Source: Candidatus Micrarchaeota archaeon
GTDB lineage: Archaea; Micrarchaeota; Micrarchaeia; Anstonellales; Bilamarchaeaceae
Assembly (NCBI GenBank): GCA_030613375.1
Contig: JAUWMC010000001.1
Coordinates: 1 to 62,379 of the forward strand
DNA: 62,379 nt
Direction: 5' to 3'
Below are positions 8,502-18,397 of the stretch, piece after piece. The notes beneath the pieces are model-generated. The model ran no database searches. It saw only the letters and a list, made by a program, of their open reading frames with translations, and was not told the DNA's origin. Position 1 is the first letter of the stretch. Every line of letters begins with the position of its first letter. A program made the position numbers and the translations under genes.

Positions 8502-9362
8502 ATGCCAAGAAGATTCCCAAAAGTAAATGACCTAAAAAAGCTGAAGCTTATCGCCAACACGATAAGGAAGGACGTAATCCAGATGCTTGAAGAAGCAAAG
8601 TCCGGCCATTCTGCAGGATCTATTGGTCTCGCAGACATCTTCACCGCGCTTTACTTCAACGTGCTTTACCATGACCCCAAAGATCCAAATTGGGAGGAGC
8701 GCGACCGTTTTGTTCTTTCCAACGGCCACGTTTGTCCGGTAATGTATGCCGCACTCGCAAATGCAGGCTATTTTCCCAAGGAGGAACTTCTTACCCTAAG
8801 AAAACTGGGTTCAAGATTGCAGGGCCATCCACACAGAGGTTCCCTCCCAGGAATTGAGAACTCTTCCGGACCTCTAGGCCAGGGATTTTCTATTGCTGTA
8901 GGAATGGCCCTTGTTGCAAAAAAGGAGCGCAAACGCTGGAGAGTCTATACAATAGTCTCTGATGGAGAACAGCAGGAAGGCCAGGTTTGGGAAGCAGCAA
9001 TGCTCGCTTCTAAATATGGGCTCGGAAATCTTACTGCAATAATGGACCGCAACAATATCCAAATTGACGGATTCACAGAAGAAATAAACCCACTTGGGCC
9101 AATAGTTGCAAAATACCGCGCATTTGGCTGGCACGTAATTGAAGTTGACGGTCATAACATAAAAAGTCTGATAGATGCATGCGAGGAATCCAAGGCAATT
9201 TACGAAAGTCCTACAATGATTATTGCACACACAATCCCCGGAAAAGGAATCCCCTTTATGGAATTCCTTACTGAGTGGCACGGAAAATCTCCTACAAAGG
9301 AACAGGCAGCAGAAGCCTACAAAATACTCGAGCTTGATAGGCGCGAAGTGGAGGAGGAGTGA
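8502..9362 (+). CDS. transketolase, N-terminal subunit
   Basis: 'SGHSAGSIGLADIFTALYF...LSNGHVCPVMYAALA...GSRLQGHP...GPLGQGFS.AVGMAL...VSDGEQQEGQVWEA' is the TPP-binding half of a split archaeal transketolase. Confidence 0.9.
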   Translation: MPRRFPKVNDLKKLKLIANTIRKDVIQMLEEAKSGHSAGSIGLADIFTALYFNVLYHDPKDPNWEERDRFVLSNGHVCPVMYAALANAGYFPKEELLTLRKLGSRLQGHPHRGSLPGIENSSGPLGQGFSIAVGMALVAKKERKRWRVYTIVSDGEQQEGQVWEAAMLASKYGLGNLTAIMDRNNIQIDGFTEEINPLGPIVAKYRAFGWHVIEVDGHNIKSLIDACEESKAIYESPTMIIAHTIPGKGIPFMEFLTEWHGKSPTKEQAAEAYKILELDRREVEEE

Positions 9363-9367
9363 TTCAG

Positions 9368-10339
9368 ATGGCAGCAATTTCCTACAACAAAAACCCTGAA
9401 GAAAAGAAGGGCACCCGTGACGGATTCGGAAAGGCACTTGTAGAACTCGGCGAGAAAGATCCGAATGTATGGGCCCTCACCGCAGATGTTTCTGAATCCT
9501 CCCGTACTCATTGGTTTGCAGAGAAATTCCCCAGTAGATTCATACAGATCGGAATCGCAGAGCAGAATATGGCAGGAGTTGCAGCAGGAATCGCTTCCTG
9601 TGGAAAGCGCCCGTTTATTTCCGCATTTGGAGCATTTTCACCAGGAAGAAACTGGGAGCAAATTCGTGTCTCTATTTGCTACAACAACGTTCCGGTAGTA
9701 ATCCACGCATCCCACACCGGAATCACGGTTGGCCCGGACGGAGCATCTCACCAGATTCTTGAGGACATTGCAATGATCCGTTCTCTTCCGAACATAAATG
9801 TGCTTGTTCCTTGTGATATTGAACAGGCCAAGAAGGCCACTTGGATTCTTTACGAGCAAAATATGCCAGGATACATGCGCACAAGCAGGGAAAAAATCCC
9901 CACCATGACCAATGCAGAAACCCCAATGGAACTCGGTGGCTCAAATATTTATAAGGAAGGAAAGGATGTTGCAATCCTCTCCCATGGCCCAATCCTCTAC
10001 CAGTCTGTTCTTGCAGCAGAGGAACTTGAAAAAGAAGGCATCTCCGCAGCAGTTGTGGATATGTACTCCATAAAGCCCATAGACGAGATTCAGATTAAGG
10101 AAATGGCCAAGAACACAGGACTTATAGTAACAGCAGAAGAGCACCAGGTAGTCGGAGGTCTTGGAAGCGCAGTTGCCGAAGTTCTTTCTTCCTACAAGAA
10201 CGATACGATTCTCCGCAGGCATGGAATCTACAACCGCTTTTGCGAGTCCGGTTCTGCACAGGAGCTCATGGCTAAATATGAATTAGATTCAAAAGGAATT
10301 GCTAAAATAGTAAAAGAAGAGATAGAGAAAAAAGGGTGA
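9368..10339 (+). CDS. transketolase, C-terminal subunit
   Basis: '[29 protein letters not shown]...R..EQIR...[19 protein letters not shown]' is the pyrimidine-binding plus C-terminal domain. GGAGGAGG SD precedes the ATG. Confidence 0.9.
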   Translation: MAAISYNKNPEEKKGTRDGFGKALVELGEKDPNVWALTADVSESSRTHWFAEKFPSRFIQIGIAEQNMAGVAAGIASCGKRPFISAFGAFSPGRNWEQIRVSICYNNVPVVIHASHTGITVGPDGASHQILEDIAMIRSLPNINVLVPCDIEQAKKATWILYEQNMPGYMRTSREKIPTMTNAETPMELGGSNIYKEGKDVAILSHGPILYQSVLAAEELEKEGISAAVVDMYSIKPIDEIQIKEMAKNTGLIVTAEEHQVVGGLGSAVAEVLSSYKNDTILRRHGIYNRFCESGSAQELMAKYELDSKGIAKIVKEEIEKKG

Positions 10340-10343
10340 AAAT

Positions 10344-10988
10344 ATGAAATTTTTCGTGGACACAGCTGATGTTGAAGAAATAAAGAAGGCAGTTGAGCTT
10401 GGAATATGTGATGGTGTTACAACCAACCCCTCACTTATTATGAAGTCCGGAAGGGACCAGAAGGAAGTAATCCTTGAAATCGTCAAGATCGTTTCCGGCC
10501 CCATTAGTGTAGAAGCTATTTCCGAAGATGCTGACGGCATGGTTAAGGAAGCAGAAGAGTTCGCTACCTGGGCTCCTAACATCGTAGTTAAGGTTCCCAT
10601 GACCAAGGAAGGAATTAAGGCAGTACGTATTCTCAAGGAAAAGAACATTCCAACCAATGTAACTCTAGTATTCTCAGCTTCCCAGGCTCTCTTAGCCGCT
10701 AAAGCAGGAGCAGCCTACGTTTCCCCATTTGTAGGAAGACTCGACGATATTTCCCAGGATGGAATGGCCCTAATTGAAGAAATAATGGAAATCTTTGACA
10801 ACTATGATTTCGAGGCCCAGGTAATCGTTGCCTCAATTCGTGACCCAATCCACGTAACTGAATCCGCAATGCTCGGAGCAGATATCGCAACCATTCCAGC
10901 CAAGGTAATGGAGAAACTTTGGAAACACCCCCTTACAGATAAGGGAATCGCTCAATTCTTAGCAGATTACGAAAAATCAAAGAAGTAG
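10344..10988 (+). CDS. tal: transaldolase (short TalC/FSA-type)
   Basis: '[32 protein letters not shown]...VKVPMT.EGIKA...[29 protein letters not shown]' matches the short transaldolase/FSA family. Confidence 0.9.
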   Translation: MKFFVDTADVEEIKKAVELGICDGVTTNPSLIMKSGRDQKEVILEIVKIVSGPISVEAISEDADGMVKEAEEFATWAPNIVVKVPMTKEGIKAVRILKEKNIPTNVTLVFSASQALLAAKAGAAYVSPFVGRLDDISQDGMALIEEIMEIFDNYDFEAQVIVASIRDPIHVTESAMLGADIATIPAKVMEKLWKHPLTDKGIAQFLADYEKSKK

Positions 10989-10990
10989 TT

Positions 10991-11902
10991 TTACTTCTTT
11001 GTTTCCCCTTTTTCAGGCTTCAGCTCAACTTTCATCCCATCTTTTGCGCAAACAGATTTCTTGAAAACCTTCTTTGCTTCAGCTTCCAGCTCAGGCCCGC
11101 GGTATCTTGCTCCAATATGAGTAAGCACCAGCTGCTTCACCTTCGCCTTTTTCGCAATGGTTGCAGCCTCCTTAGCAGTAGAATGCCCCCTCATTTCCGC
11201 CTCCTCTTTCAAATCATCCCCAAAAGTAGAATCATGAATCAACAAATCCGCATCCTTTGCAATAGATGCAATCCCTTCATCATATATTGAATCCCCGGAA
11301 TACACAACTTTCATACCTTTCCGCACCCAGGAAACATCCTCCAATTTAACCGTTTTATTCCCAACCTTAACCTTTCCCTTTTCCTGTATCTCTTTGAACA
11401 TCCGCCCCTTCAGCCCAAGCTTCTTAGCCTTTGCTTCATGGAACTTATTCTTGTCATCCTCTTGGAAAACCAGCCCGAATGCATCCCTTTTCTGGTGCTT
11501 CACATGGAACCCGGAGATAGTGTAATCCTTACCCTTGTACAATTCCCCCTCCTTCATCTCCCGAATATCCAGAAAAGAAGGTTCCCAGCCCATTGTAGGG
11601 CTTATCCCTGCTAACATTCTCTCAAATCCCCTCGGAGCAAATATAGTAATTTTTTTCCTCTCCGTATTCATGCGCACGGTTTCAATTAGCCCAAAAACTC
11701 CCATCACATGGTCTAAATGCAAATGGGTAATAAACACTGCTTCAACTCCCCCATAGCCTACCCCATTTCTCATCATTTCCCTTTGGCAACCTTCCCCACA
11801 GTCCCACAGAAATAATTTATCATACTTCAAAGCTATTGCTGGCATTGCACGATAAGCACTGGGAACTGCTCCGCTGGTTCCAAGAAAGGTAACATTAAGC
11901 AT
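10991..11902 (-). CDS. rnz: ribonuclease Z (tRNA 3' endonuclease)
   Basis: 'FLGTSGAVPS...WDCGEGCQ...ITHLHLDHVMG' is the metallo-beta-lactamase HxHxDH motif in an RNase Z context, at 303 aa. Confidence 0.8.
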   Translation of the reverse strand: MLNVTFLGTSGAVPSAYRAMPAIALKYDKLFLWDCGEGCQREMMRNGVGYGGVEAVFITHLHLDHVMGVFGLIETVRMNTERKKITIFAPRGFERMLAGISPTMGWEPSFLDIREMKEGELYKGKDYTISGFHVKHQKRDAFGLVFQEDDKNKFHEAKAKKLGLKGRMFKEIQEKGKVKVGNKTVKLEDVSWVRKGMKVVYSGDSIYDEGIASIAKDADLLIHDSTFGDDLKEEAEMRGHSTAKEAATIAKKAKVKQLVLTHIGARYRGPELEAEAKKVFKKSVCAKDGMKVELKPEKGETKK

Positions 11903-11950
11903 AACTCAATTTACAGAAAGAGAAATTAATAAAATAAGGGGGTAGAAGGC

Positions 11951-12325
11951 CTAAGCCCTCTTTTTTGGTTTAGCTTTGCTCTTGACAATTTTAACTTTTG
12001 ATGGGGTCAATATGACAAGATCCTGGGTAAGGAGGGCAATGTCCCCATTTGTTTTTTCACAAGTCATCTTGAGCTTGCCAATAATTGTCTTGAGCCTGTT
12101 GGGCTGCTTTGAAAGTGCATGCACATTCAGGATGATAATATTCTTCGAAGTGAGTTCCTTCATTGCAAGGTTTGCATCCCCTTCATTTCTAAGTTCAATC
12201 CTTTTCACATAAAAGTCCGCTGGGGGATTTACTGCATCTCCTTCGTCTTCCAAATCGAGATAATGCTCGAGGTCAGGAACTTCTTCCTTATCTTTTCCGC
12301 CCATAATTTTATCGAATATACCCAT
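11951..12325 (-). CDS. sepF: cell division protein SepF
   Basis: The N-terminal amphipathic 'MGIFDKIMGG', followed by 'VKRIELRNEGDANLAMKELTSKNIIILNV...GDIALLTQDLVILTP', is typical of the SepF core. Confidence 0.8.
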   Translation of the reverse strand: MGIFDKIMGGKDKEEVPDLEHYLDLEDEGDAVNPPADFYVKRIELRNEGDANLAMKELTSKNIIILNVHALSKQPNRLKTIIGKLKMTCEKTNGDIALLTQDLVILTPSKVKIVKSKAKPKKRA

Positions 12326-12459
12326 TGTAACACCTTGTCTAGAGAGTTAGCCTATTTAGATAAACAAATTTAAATACCTTCTTATTTTATCGAATATCCT
12401 AGAATACCGGAAGATAGATTTATTAATCATTTCCACTAATCTAGTTTGGAGTTGGGCAT

Positions 12460-13644
12460 ATGCCTTCTTTTGATGAATTCATAACCGAATCAAGGATATT
12501 CAAGGATAGGGACGTTCTTTCCCCGCATTATATACCGGATAATTTACATTTTCGGGACCACCAGATACGGGAGCTGATGTCCTCGCTTGCTCCAGCACTA
12601 ATGGGAAAGAAACCCCGCAATCTTTTCATTTATGGGAAAACAGGAACTGGCAAAACCTGTTCAGTAAAGCAAGTTACCCAAAAATTCGAAGAAAAATCCG
12701 CAGGAAGTTCTAGAACCGTATACATAAACTGTAGAATCCACAACAAGCCCTACCGTGTAATGCTCAAGGTAGCAAAAGCAGTAATGGAAGGCTTTGACAA
12801 GCAAGGTTATGGCCTTCCCCATATTTATGAGCGCATCCTTGAATGGGTAGGCAATGGAAAGCAGCTAATCATAATCCTGGATGAAATAGACATGGTGAAA
12901 AACCTTGATGAGCTTCTTTATCTGATTACCCGTGCAAATGATGAACTCGAAGCAGGCGGCCTTTCAGTAATTGGAATCTCCAATAGGCTCCTCTTCAAAG
13001 AGGATTTGGACCCAAGGAGCAAATCTAGCCTCTACGAGCGAGAAATGGTTTTTCCACCCTATACTGCAAACCAACTCCAAACAATCCTTAAGCAACGCGC
13101 AGAGCTGGGTTTCCGCCCAAACGCCTTCACTTCTGGCGCAATAAACCTTGCAGGTGCAGTTGCAGCCCAGGAATCTGGAGATGCAAGATATGCACTCAAG
13201 ATCCTATCCCGCGCAGCAGAAATAGCAGAGGAATCCGAAAAAGACAAGCTCACAGATGAGGATGTTAAATCCGCCCGTGAACTTGTAGAGCTAGATATAG
13301 TAAAGGAAGCAATCGAAAAACTTCCTGAAAACCATCAGATGGTGCTATATGCAGTTGCAAGGCTTTCCCTTTCCGGAAGCAAGTATGCAAGACTTGATGA
13401 AACCAAGGATAGCTATCTTTTCTCAGGGGAAGTTTACGAAGAATACTCAGAACTCTGCAAAAGGCTCAAGAAATCTTCCAAGACCGCGCGCAGCTACCGC
13501 AGCTACCTTAATGATCTGGAAATGCTCGGCCTTCTCACTTCGGTGGAAAGTGGGAAGGGAATCCGTGGCCACACTAAGCTCATAAAACTCGGCCATCCAC
13601 CCCAGGAACTCATAAAAATAGTTTCCAAATCTCTGGAGGCATGA
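12460..13644 (+). CDS. cdc6: Orc1/Cdc6 replication initiator
   Basis: It has 'L.P.YIPD.L.FRD.Q', Walker A 'GKTGTGKT', Walker B 'IIILDEID', and a C-terminal winged helix. Confidence 0.9.
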   Translation: MPSFDEFITESRIFKDRDVLSPHYIPDNLHFRDHQIRELMSSLAPALMGKKPRNLFIYGKTGTGKTCSVKQVTQKFEEKSAGSSRTVYINCRIHNKPYRVMLKVAKAVMEGFDKQGYGLPHIYERILEWVGNGKQLIIILDEIDMVKNLDELLYLITRANDELEAGGLSVIGISNRLLFKEDLDPRSKSSLYEREMVFPPYTANQLQTILKQRAELGFRPNAFTSGAINLAGAVAAQESGDARYALKILSRAAEIAEESEKDKLTDEDVKSARELVELDIVKEAIEKLPENHQMVLYAVARLSLSGSKYARLDETKDSYLFSGEVYEEYSELCKRLKKSSKTARSYRSYLNDLEMLGLLTSVESGKGIRGHTKLIKLGHPPQELIKIVSKSLEA

Positions 13645-14168
13645 AAATGGACATAATCGATTTTCTCTATCAGGCTGGATCCCTTAAGGATGTAGACCGC
13701 TCAGGCTGGAAAACAGTAGGGATACAACCAGAGAGCGTCTCAGAACATAGCTATCGTACTGCTCTCATTGCATATTTCCTTGCAAAGGAAGAAGGAATCA
13801 AGGATCTGGAAGGGGTACTCCTTGCAGCATTACTCCATGATGTGCACGAAGCCCTTACTACTGATTTGCACTTGGTTGCAAAAAAATACGCAACCATGAA
13901 CGAGCAAAAAGCGCGAGACGACTCATTAAATTTCTTCCCAGATCTTCAGCGTCCGTTCAAAGATGAAAAAATAATGCAAATCGTAAATGATGCAGACAAG
14001 CTTGAGTGCATTTTTCAGGCAAAGGAATACCAGGATTTGGGCAATCCTTATGTAAAGGACTGGATAAAGAACGCATCTGCATCCCTTAAAACTCATTCTG
14101 CGAAATCACTTTGCGAAAAAGCGCTCAAGCGCGATGCGTTCAAGTGGCTTTTCGAGGCGAGAAAATGA
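13641..14168 (+). CDS. HD-domain phosphohydrolase (YfbR-like)
   Basis: 'R.GW......ESVSEHSYR.A.IA......LLHDV.E..T.D' is the HD motif. Its ATG overlaps the orc1 stop. Confidence 0.7.
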   Translation: MKMDIIDFLYQAGSLKDVDRSGWKTVGIQPESVSEHSYRTALIAYFLAKEEGIKDLEGVLLAALLHDVHEALTTDLHLVAKKYATMNEQKARDDSLNFFPDLQRPFKDEKIMQIVNDADKLECIFQAKEYQDLGNPYVKDWIKNASASLKTHSAKSLCEKALKRDAFKWLFEARK

Positions 14169-14662
14169 ATGGACTCATGTTTTCCCTGGCGCTACTCTTA
14201 CTTTTTACCGGCTGCATCCAGATGAAAACAGATGAGGAGTGCGAATCAATAACCCAGGAAGAGATTGCATCCCAGACAGCATGGGGTTATGCGCCTGCAG
14301 TAGTGGATGACCATTATGTAGTGAAAGCAACGGTTACCTGCTGGCATAATGCAGCCCTTGCCCATGCGGCTATGAACAATCGCATGAATGCAACCAATGC
14401 ATGCAACCAGATTCTTTCAGTTACGTCAGCCTCTGAAAGCCAGAATATCCTTGAGCGTGAGCAGGTGTACTGCATGGATGCAATTGCAAAACGCCTTAGG
14501 GACGAGAGCATCTGCGAAGAAATAGATGAAGATGAGTACGCATTTGAAAAGAGCAGATGCATATCAAACTCGGAAATGGAAGATCCTGTCTGTGTTCTCA
14601 CAACGTTCGCATTGCTTTCGCTAGCAGTTTCACTTTTTCTCCTAAGGCACAAAGAGGATTAA
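14165..14662 (+). CDS. lipobox-bearing secreted protein, unknown function
   Basis: 'MNGLMFSLALLLLFTGC' is a signal peptide plus lipobox (L-F-T-G-C). There is a C-terminal TM 'VCVLTTFALLSLAVSLFLL'. ATGA overlap with the HD gene. Confidence 0.6.
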   Translation: MNGLMFSLALLLLFTGCIQMKTDEECESITQEEIASQTAWGYAPAVVDDHYVVKATVTCWHNAALAHAAMNNRMNATNACNQILSVTSASESQNILEREQVYCMDAIAKRLRDESICEEIDEDEYAFEKSRCISNSEMEDPVCVLTTFALLSLAVSLFLLRHKED

Positions 14663-14955
14663 TCGGATTTTTCCATATCCATTATTTCCAATGCTTTCCC
14701 TACACTCATTCCTTCCCGTATTCCTAGGTCATCTGCCCACGAGGTCGTTTCCTTTATTTTCGCTTTAAAAAATGCAGAGTAATCTTTTACCCCTGAAACA
14801 AATGCTGCAACATCCCCTACCTTTTCCGCAGTGGCTTTGTTTACGTAGCTGCACGCAATGTATCCGCGTTTTGCGCGGACAATAATCAGTGGGAGGTTTC
14901 CGATTTGTTGTTTTATTCCATTGTAAGATTTTCCATTAAACTCAACGGGCTCCAC
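14659..14955 (-). CDS. DUF1805 (YunC-like) protein
   Basis: 'LPLIIVRAKRGYIACSYVN...AEKVGDVAAFVSGVK' is typical of DUF1805. The start is proposed at GTG 14955, 1 nt after the S26e stop; the ATG of the track ORF would overlap S26e by 80 nt. Confidence 0.6.
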   Translation of the reverse strand: MEPVEFNGKSYNGIKQQIGNLPLIIVRAKRGYIACSYVNKATAEKVGDVAAFVSGVKDYSAFFKAKIKETTSWADDLGIREGMSVGKALEIMDMEKSD

Positions 14956-14956
14956 G

Positions 14957-15211
14957 CTAGAACCCCCCTTCTCTTCTCTCTCGCCTTCGTTCAGCTTGTT
15001 TCTTCTTTTTCTCGAAAATCTTTCTGTGCTTTGCACAGCTTATGCAATAGTATTCAGTAGTGCTTGAAAATGCAGTAACGTTTTCCCGATCCCTGAAATC
15101 AGTGGTAAAAGAACTCCTTCTTTCATAATCGACTGCTTTGCTCCTTGGCACTGCGCGCCCACAGGAAACACAAGTCATGCTCCTGTCTTTTCCACGCCTT
15201 TTTTTACCCAT
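14957..15211 (-). CDS. rps26e: 30S ribosomal protein S26e
   Basis: 'MGKKRRGKDRSMTCVSCGRAVPRSKAV...YYCISCAKHRKI' aligns by eye with eukaryotic eS26 (KKRR..., C-x2-C-x-R-x-VP-x-x-KA, Y-C-[VI]-SCA-x-H-x-K). Confidence 0.8.
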   Translation of the reverse strand: MGKKRRGKDRSMTCVSCGRAVPRSKAVDYERRSSFTTDFRDRENVTAFSSTTEYYCISCAKHRKIFEKKKKQAERRRERREGGF

Positions 15212-15406
15212 GTCAAAACCTCTTGAATAGTTCACCCAGCTTCCCAATTTTTGTTCCACCAAGCGTATATACTATTGCTGTATTGAGTTTAAAAACTTGT
15301 TCCTTAAAATCGATCCAAGCCCCTCGGTTTTGACAATATTTGTGCCAAGCAGCGGATTAACTGAAAGCATCAAAACCAGTTTCTTTTCCAATTAGAAATT
15401 TAACCA

Positions 15407-15589
15407 TCACTTTACCTTAACTGCATACCTTCCTGGAGATTTCACATCAGAAATCTTTGCAATCTCGGATTTTTCCGCATCAATCACAATAAGCAATCCG
15501 GTGAACCTGTCACTCAAGTCATCGGACTGGCATGCAGGGCAGGTTTCTCCTTCATCAACCATTTTCTTGCAGTTTCTGCATGCCTTCAT
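15407..15589 (-). CDS. spt4: transcription elongation factor Spt4 (RpoE'')
   Basis: 'CRNCKKMV....CPACQS..LSDRFTGLLIVIDAEKSEIAK......GRYAVKV' is the zinc ribbon plus NGN-binding pattern. It overlaps the rpo7 stop. Confidence 0.85.
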   Translation of the reverse strand: MKACRNCKKMVDEGETCPACQSDDLSDRFTGLLIVIDAEKSEIAKISDVKSPGRYAVKVK

Positions 15590-16155
15590 TTTTTAGCCTC
15601 CCTCTTTGCTTTCTTTGCTTCTCTCTTTTCTTTGTCCCAGCGCATTACTCCAAGCCCATCCGAGCGCATAGTAAGCCCAATCTTTGTATCAGATGTAGTT
15701 CCCTTCAGGCTTACAGTTGAAACCTTAAGCAGCACAGCATCTCCTTTCTTGAGGCTTCTTCCCCTCTTTGTGCTAAGTGCCCTTGTTTTTTTGTCATAGA
15801 AAAATTTCTCATTCCCAATTTGGGAAATGTGTATAAGTCCATCCAAAGGACCAATTGAGGCAAATGCTCCAAACTCTACGATCTCCCTTACTTGTCCTGT
15901 ATAAACCTCATTTACATGCGGCAGGAAAGAAATCGCATTAAACTGCACTTTATAGTAGATTCCTCCATCTCCAGGGATTACAATCCCCTGTTCTCCTACA
16001 TCCACATCTTCCACTGCGATAATCATGCCCAGCTCTTTGAAAATCCTTCTCTCGTATTTATCCCGGAGTATCTTTGTGATTGCATCGTTGAGCTTCATTA
16101 CCAGCATGCTTGGAGGTACTCTTACAGTATCCTCGGTCTTTAGTTCATAATACAT
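15586..16155 (-). CDS. rpoE: RNA polymerase subunit Rpo7 (RpoE')
   Basis: 'MYYELKTEDTVRVPPS' is the Rpb7-like N-terminus, followed by the S1 domain 'VYTGQVREIVEFGAFASIGPLDGLIHISQI'. Confidence 0.9.
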   Translation of the reverse strand: MYYELKTEDTVRVPPSMLVMKLNDAITKILRDKYERRIFKELGMIIAVEDVDVGEQGIVIPGDGGIYYKVQFNAISFLPHVNEVYTGQVREIVEFGAFASIGPLDGLIHISQIGNEKFFYDKKTRALSTKRGRSLKKGDAVLLKVSTVSLKGTTSDTKIGLTMRSDGLGVMRWDKEKREAKKAKREAKK

Positions 16156-16245
16156 AATAAGTCACCGGCAAGCCATTATTTACATGCATAATATTTAAAA
16201 AGGGCGTTCAGGGCAACTCTTCTCCTTTCTTTGCGCCCTTGCCCC

Positions 16246-16659
16246 TTAGAAATTCTGCAAATCCAGCTCCGCTCCATAAGCAATAATCAGCTCCGTCACG
16301 CTTCCAATATGGCCAGCCATGCTTTCAATCATAAGGGGAGTCAATCCATTCTCATCTTGCACATTAACATCAGCCCCCGCTTCAAGAAGCCTTTTTATCT
16401 TCGCTTCCCTCCCTTCGGTATCGAGACTATGAACAATAGTGATAAGCTCAGAGTCCAGCCTCTTTTTTTCCTCTTCCGAAAGCCCAACTCTTTTGATTTT
16501 TCTTCCCAGTACAAAAGCAGGATTCGCAGAATCAGGAATTCCCTTTTTCTCAACAATCCTTTTCGCCATTTTCCATTTCTCTAGTTTTGCAACTGCCCGT
16601 TTTCTTAATTCAGCCGGAGAAAGGATCTTCCATCTCACTTGCCTACTCCCCCCAAACAA
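16246..16659 (-). CDS. ankyrin-repeat protein (137 aa)
   Basis: 'LLEAGADVNVQDENGLTPLMIESMAGHIGSVTELIIAYGAELD' matches the ANK consensus. The N-terminus is basic. Confidence 0.75.
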   Translation of the reverse strand: MFGGSRQVRWKILSPAELRKRAVAKLEKWKMAKRIVEKKGIPDSANPAFVLGRKIKRVGLSEEEKKRLDSELITIVHSLDTEGREAKIKRLLEAGADVNVQDENGLTPLMIESMAGHIGSVTELIIAYGAELDLQNF

Positions 16660-17122
16660 TGCGTTCTATTGCATCAGCAACTCTTTCTTCCTGTTCAGGA
16701 GTTAGGGGTGGAAGTGGAATTATACTATTTCCAGCACCAAGCTTCCCAACAGTAAGAAGCAAATCAGCAGTTTTTTTATGCCCTCCACCATATGCTTCAG
16801 TAAATGCAGTTCTGCTTGCAAAATTCTTTATGCTCACTTCAACCCCAGAATCAATCATCTTCTGCACAAGCCTTGTTTGTCCTTCAGAAGCAGCATAAGT
16901 AAGTGCACTAAATCCAGCCGTAGTTTTCTCTTCTGCCTTTGCACCTGCATCAAGAAGCGTTTCCATCCTTTTCCATTCTTTTCTTTTTGCAGCCTTCAAA
17001 AGATTTATATCCAGGGTCTTTTGGATCATTGGGCTAAGAATTCGCGGCTCTTCTGCTACATCGGGAATTTTTGGTGCGGGTTTGCTCTCTCTCCTCGGAG
17101 TTTCTTTCTGTGTTTGGACCAT
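16643..17122 (-). CDS. ankyrin-repeat protein (159 aa)
   Basis: 'LLDAGAKAEEKTTAGFSALTYAASEGQTRLVQKMIDSGVEVSIKN..SRTAFTEAYGGGHKKTADLL' contains ANK repeats. Confidence 0.75.
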   Translation of the reverse strand: MVQTQKETPRRESKPAPKIPDVAEEPRILSPMIQKTLDINLLKAAKRKEWKRMETLLDAGAKAEEKTTAGFSALTYAASEGQTRLVQKMIDSGVEVSIKNFASRTAFTEAYGGGHKKTADLLLTVGKLGAGNSIIPLPPLTPEQEERVADAIERIVWGE

Positions 17123-17217
17123 TGGGGATATTTAGGAAACAGAATAAATAAAAAGGTGCAGTTTTTGGTAATTTGTAGAAAAACAACTCTTTTAAGCACC
17201 TTCAGGAATCAAACATT

Positions 17218-18393
17218 ATGCAGAAACTAATTGCAATCTTCCTATTTGCACTTTTTTTGTTCAGCGGCTGCACAAAACAAGAACCCATCGAGCCGCTTCC
17301 CCTTGAGCAGCCTTCAGAAGAGCCACAGATTGAGCCCGCAGCTGCACCCGAAGTCAAGTATCCTAAAATTGCAAGCTGGCTTGCAAAAAAAGATGAGATC
17401 ATCCAGAGCAAAAAACCATACTCGCTTGTAATGGCAGGCTGGTTTACCCCAGAAGAAGCAAACCAGATCAAATCCCAGACTCCCAATTCCCTCCTTCTTG
17501 CAGGTCTGAGCACAAACTGGATTTGGGGAAATAAAGATTGGATGGAATTTCTGGAAACTGTTGCAAGCCATGGAAAAGAAGTCCCGCTTGAAATAACAGA
17601 AAGCATGTATCTGAAAACACCCTCCGGGGAAAAATGCGCGTTTGGATGGGCATCTGAGGAATGGGGCCACGAAGAGATATATTCAATGGATCCGCGCAGC
17701 CAGGAATGGAAAGAGCTAATCATTTCATTTTACAAAAATGTTCTTGACCAGCCCCAGCATGATGGAATAATTGTGGATATGGTCGTGGAAAAGCAATACT
17801 GGTGCCCTGATGCAATAAGCGATGAAGAATGGCTTTTTGCAACAAAAGAGATTATGCAGGAAATCAGCGAGCAGAACACTCAGGGAAAATTAGTGGTTTT
17901 CAATGCAGGCCTAAAGTATGAAGACATTGATGAATACAAAGAATACATGGATGGGTATGTAATGGAAAATTTCCTTGGGGAATGGGGCGCAGACTACGAA
18001 ACAGGATTGGAAGCTGCAAATAGCGATTACATCATAATTTATGCAGTAGATACCGATGATACTGGAGAAACAGACCTGAAAAGGATGCGCCTTGGGCTCA
18101 CACTAAGCCTTCTGAACGACAATACATACTTTACTTATGATTTTGGCCCGCGAGACCATGGGCAGGCTTGGTGGTTTTCTGAATATGATGCAGAACTGGG
18201 AGAACCGATTGGAGTATATTATTCTACGAGTGGTGCATACTGGAGGGAGTTTGAAAACGGTGTTGTTGTAAGCTCCCCCCACGAAAACATCTCCATTGTT
18301 TTTGAAGAGGAATACACCGATGCAACAACGGGAGAAAGCTCCAAAACCTTTTCAATTGAAGAAGGAGACGGAAGAATATTCATAAAGAAGTGA
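17218..18393 (+). CDS. lipobox lipoprotein, putative glycoside-hydrolase-like TIM-barrel domain
   Basis: 'LFALFLFSGC' is a lipobox. The body has 'DGIIVDMV', 'VVFNAGL' and 'DGYVMENFLGEW', reminiscent of GH114/GHL-type barrels. The family call is weak. Confidence 0.45.
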   Translation: MQKLIAIFLFALFLFSGCTKQEPIEPLPLEQPSEEPQIEPAAAPEVKYPKIASWLAKKDEIIQSKKPYSLVMAGWFTPEEANQIKSQTPNSLLLAGLSTNWIWGNKDWMEFLETVASHGKEVPLEITESMYLKTPSGEKCAFGWASEEWGHEEIYSMDPRSQEWKELIISFYKNVLDQPQHDGIIVDMVVEKQYWCPDAISDEEWLFATKEIMQEISEQNTQGKLVVFNAGLKYEDIDEYKEYMDGYVMENFLGEWGADYETGLEAANSDYIIIYAVDTDDTGETDLKRMRLGLTLSLLNDNTYFTYDFGPRDHGQAWWFSEYDAELGEPIGVYYSTSGAYWREFENGVVVSSPHENISIVFEEEYTDATTGESSKTFSIEEGDGRIFIKK

Positions 18394-18397
18394 ACAC

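Noticed and set aside
12326-12459. Replication origin / ORB elements in the sepF-orc1 intergenic region
   Set aside because: I found only one partial ORB-like core (AGTGGAAAT on the minus strand, ~12408-12416). There is no repeated or inverted ORB pair and no extended A+T-rich unwinding element within the 134-bp spacer. The origin may lie elsewhere and cannot be supported from this sequence.
17202-17723. 173-aa minus-strand ORF (and nested ORFs 17314-17686)
   Set aside because: It is antisense to the lipoprotein gene at 17218-18393, which has a lipobox and a coherent domain-like sequence.
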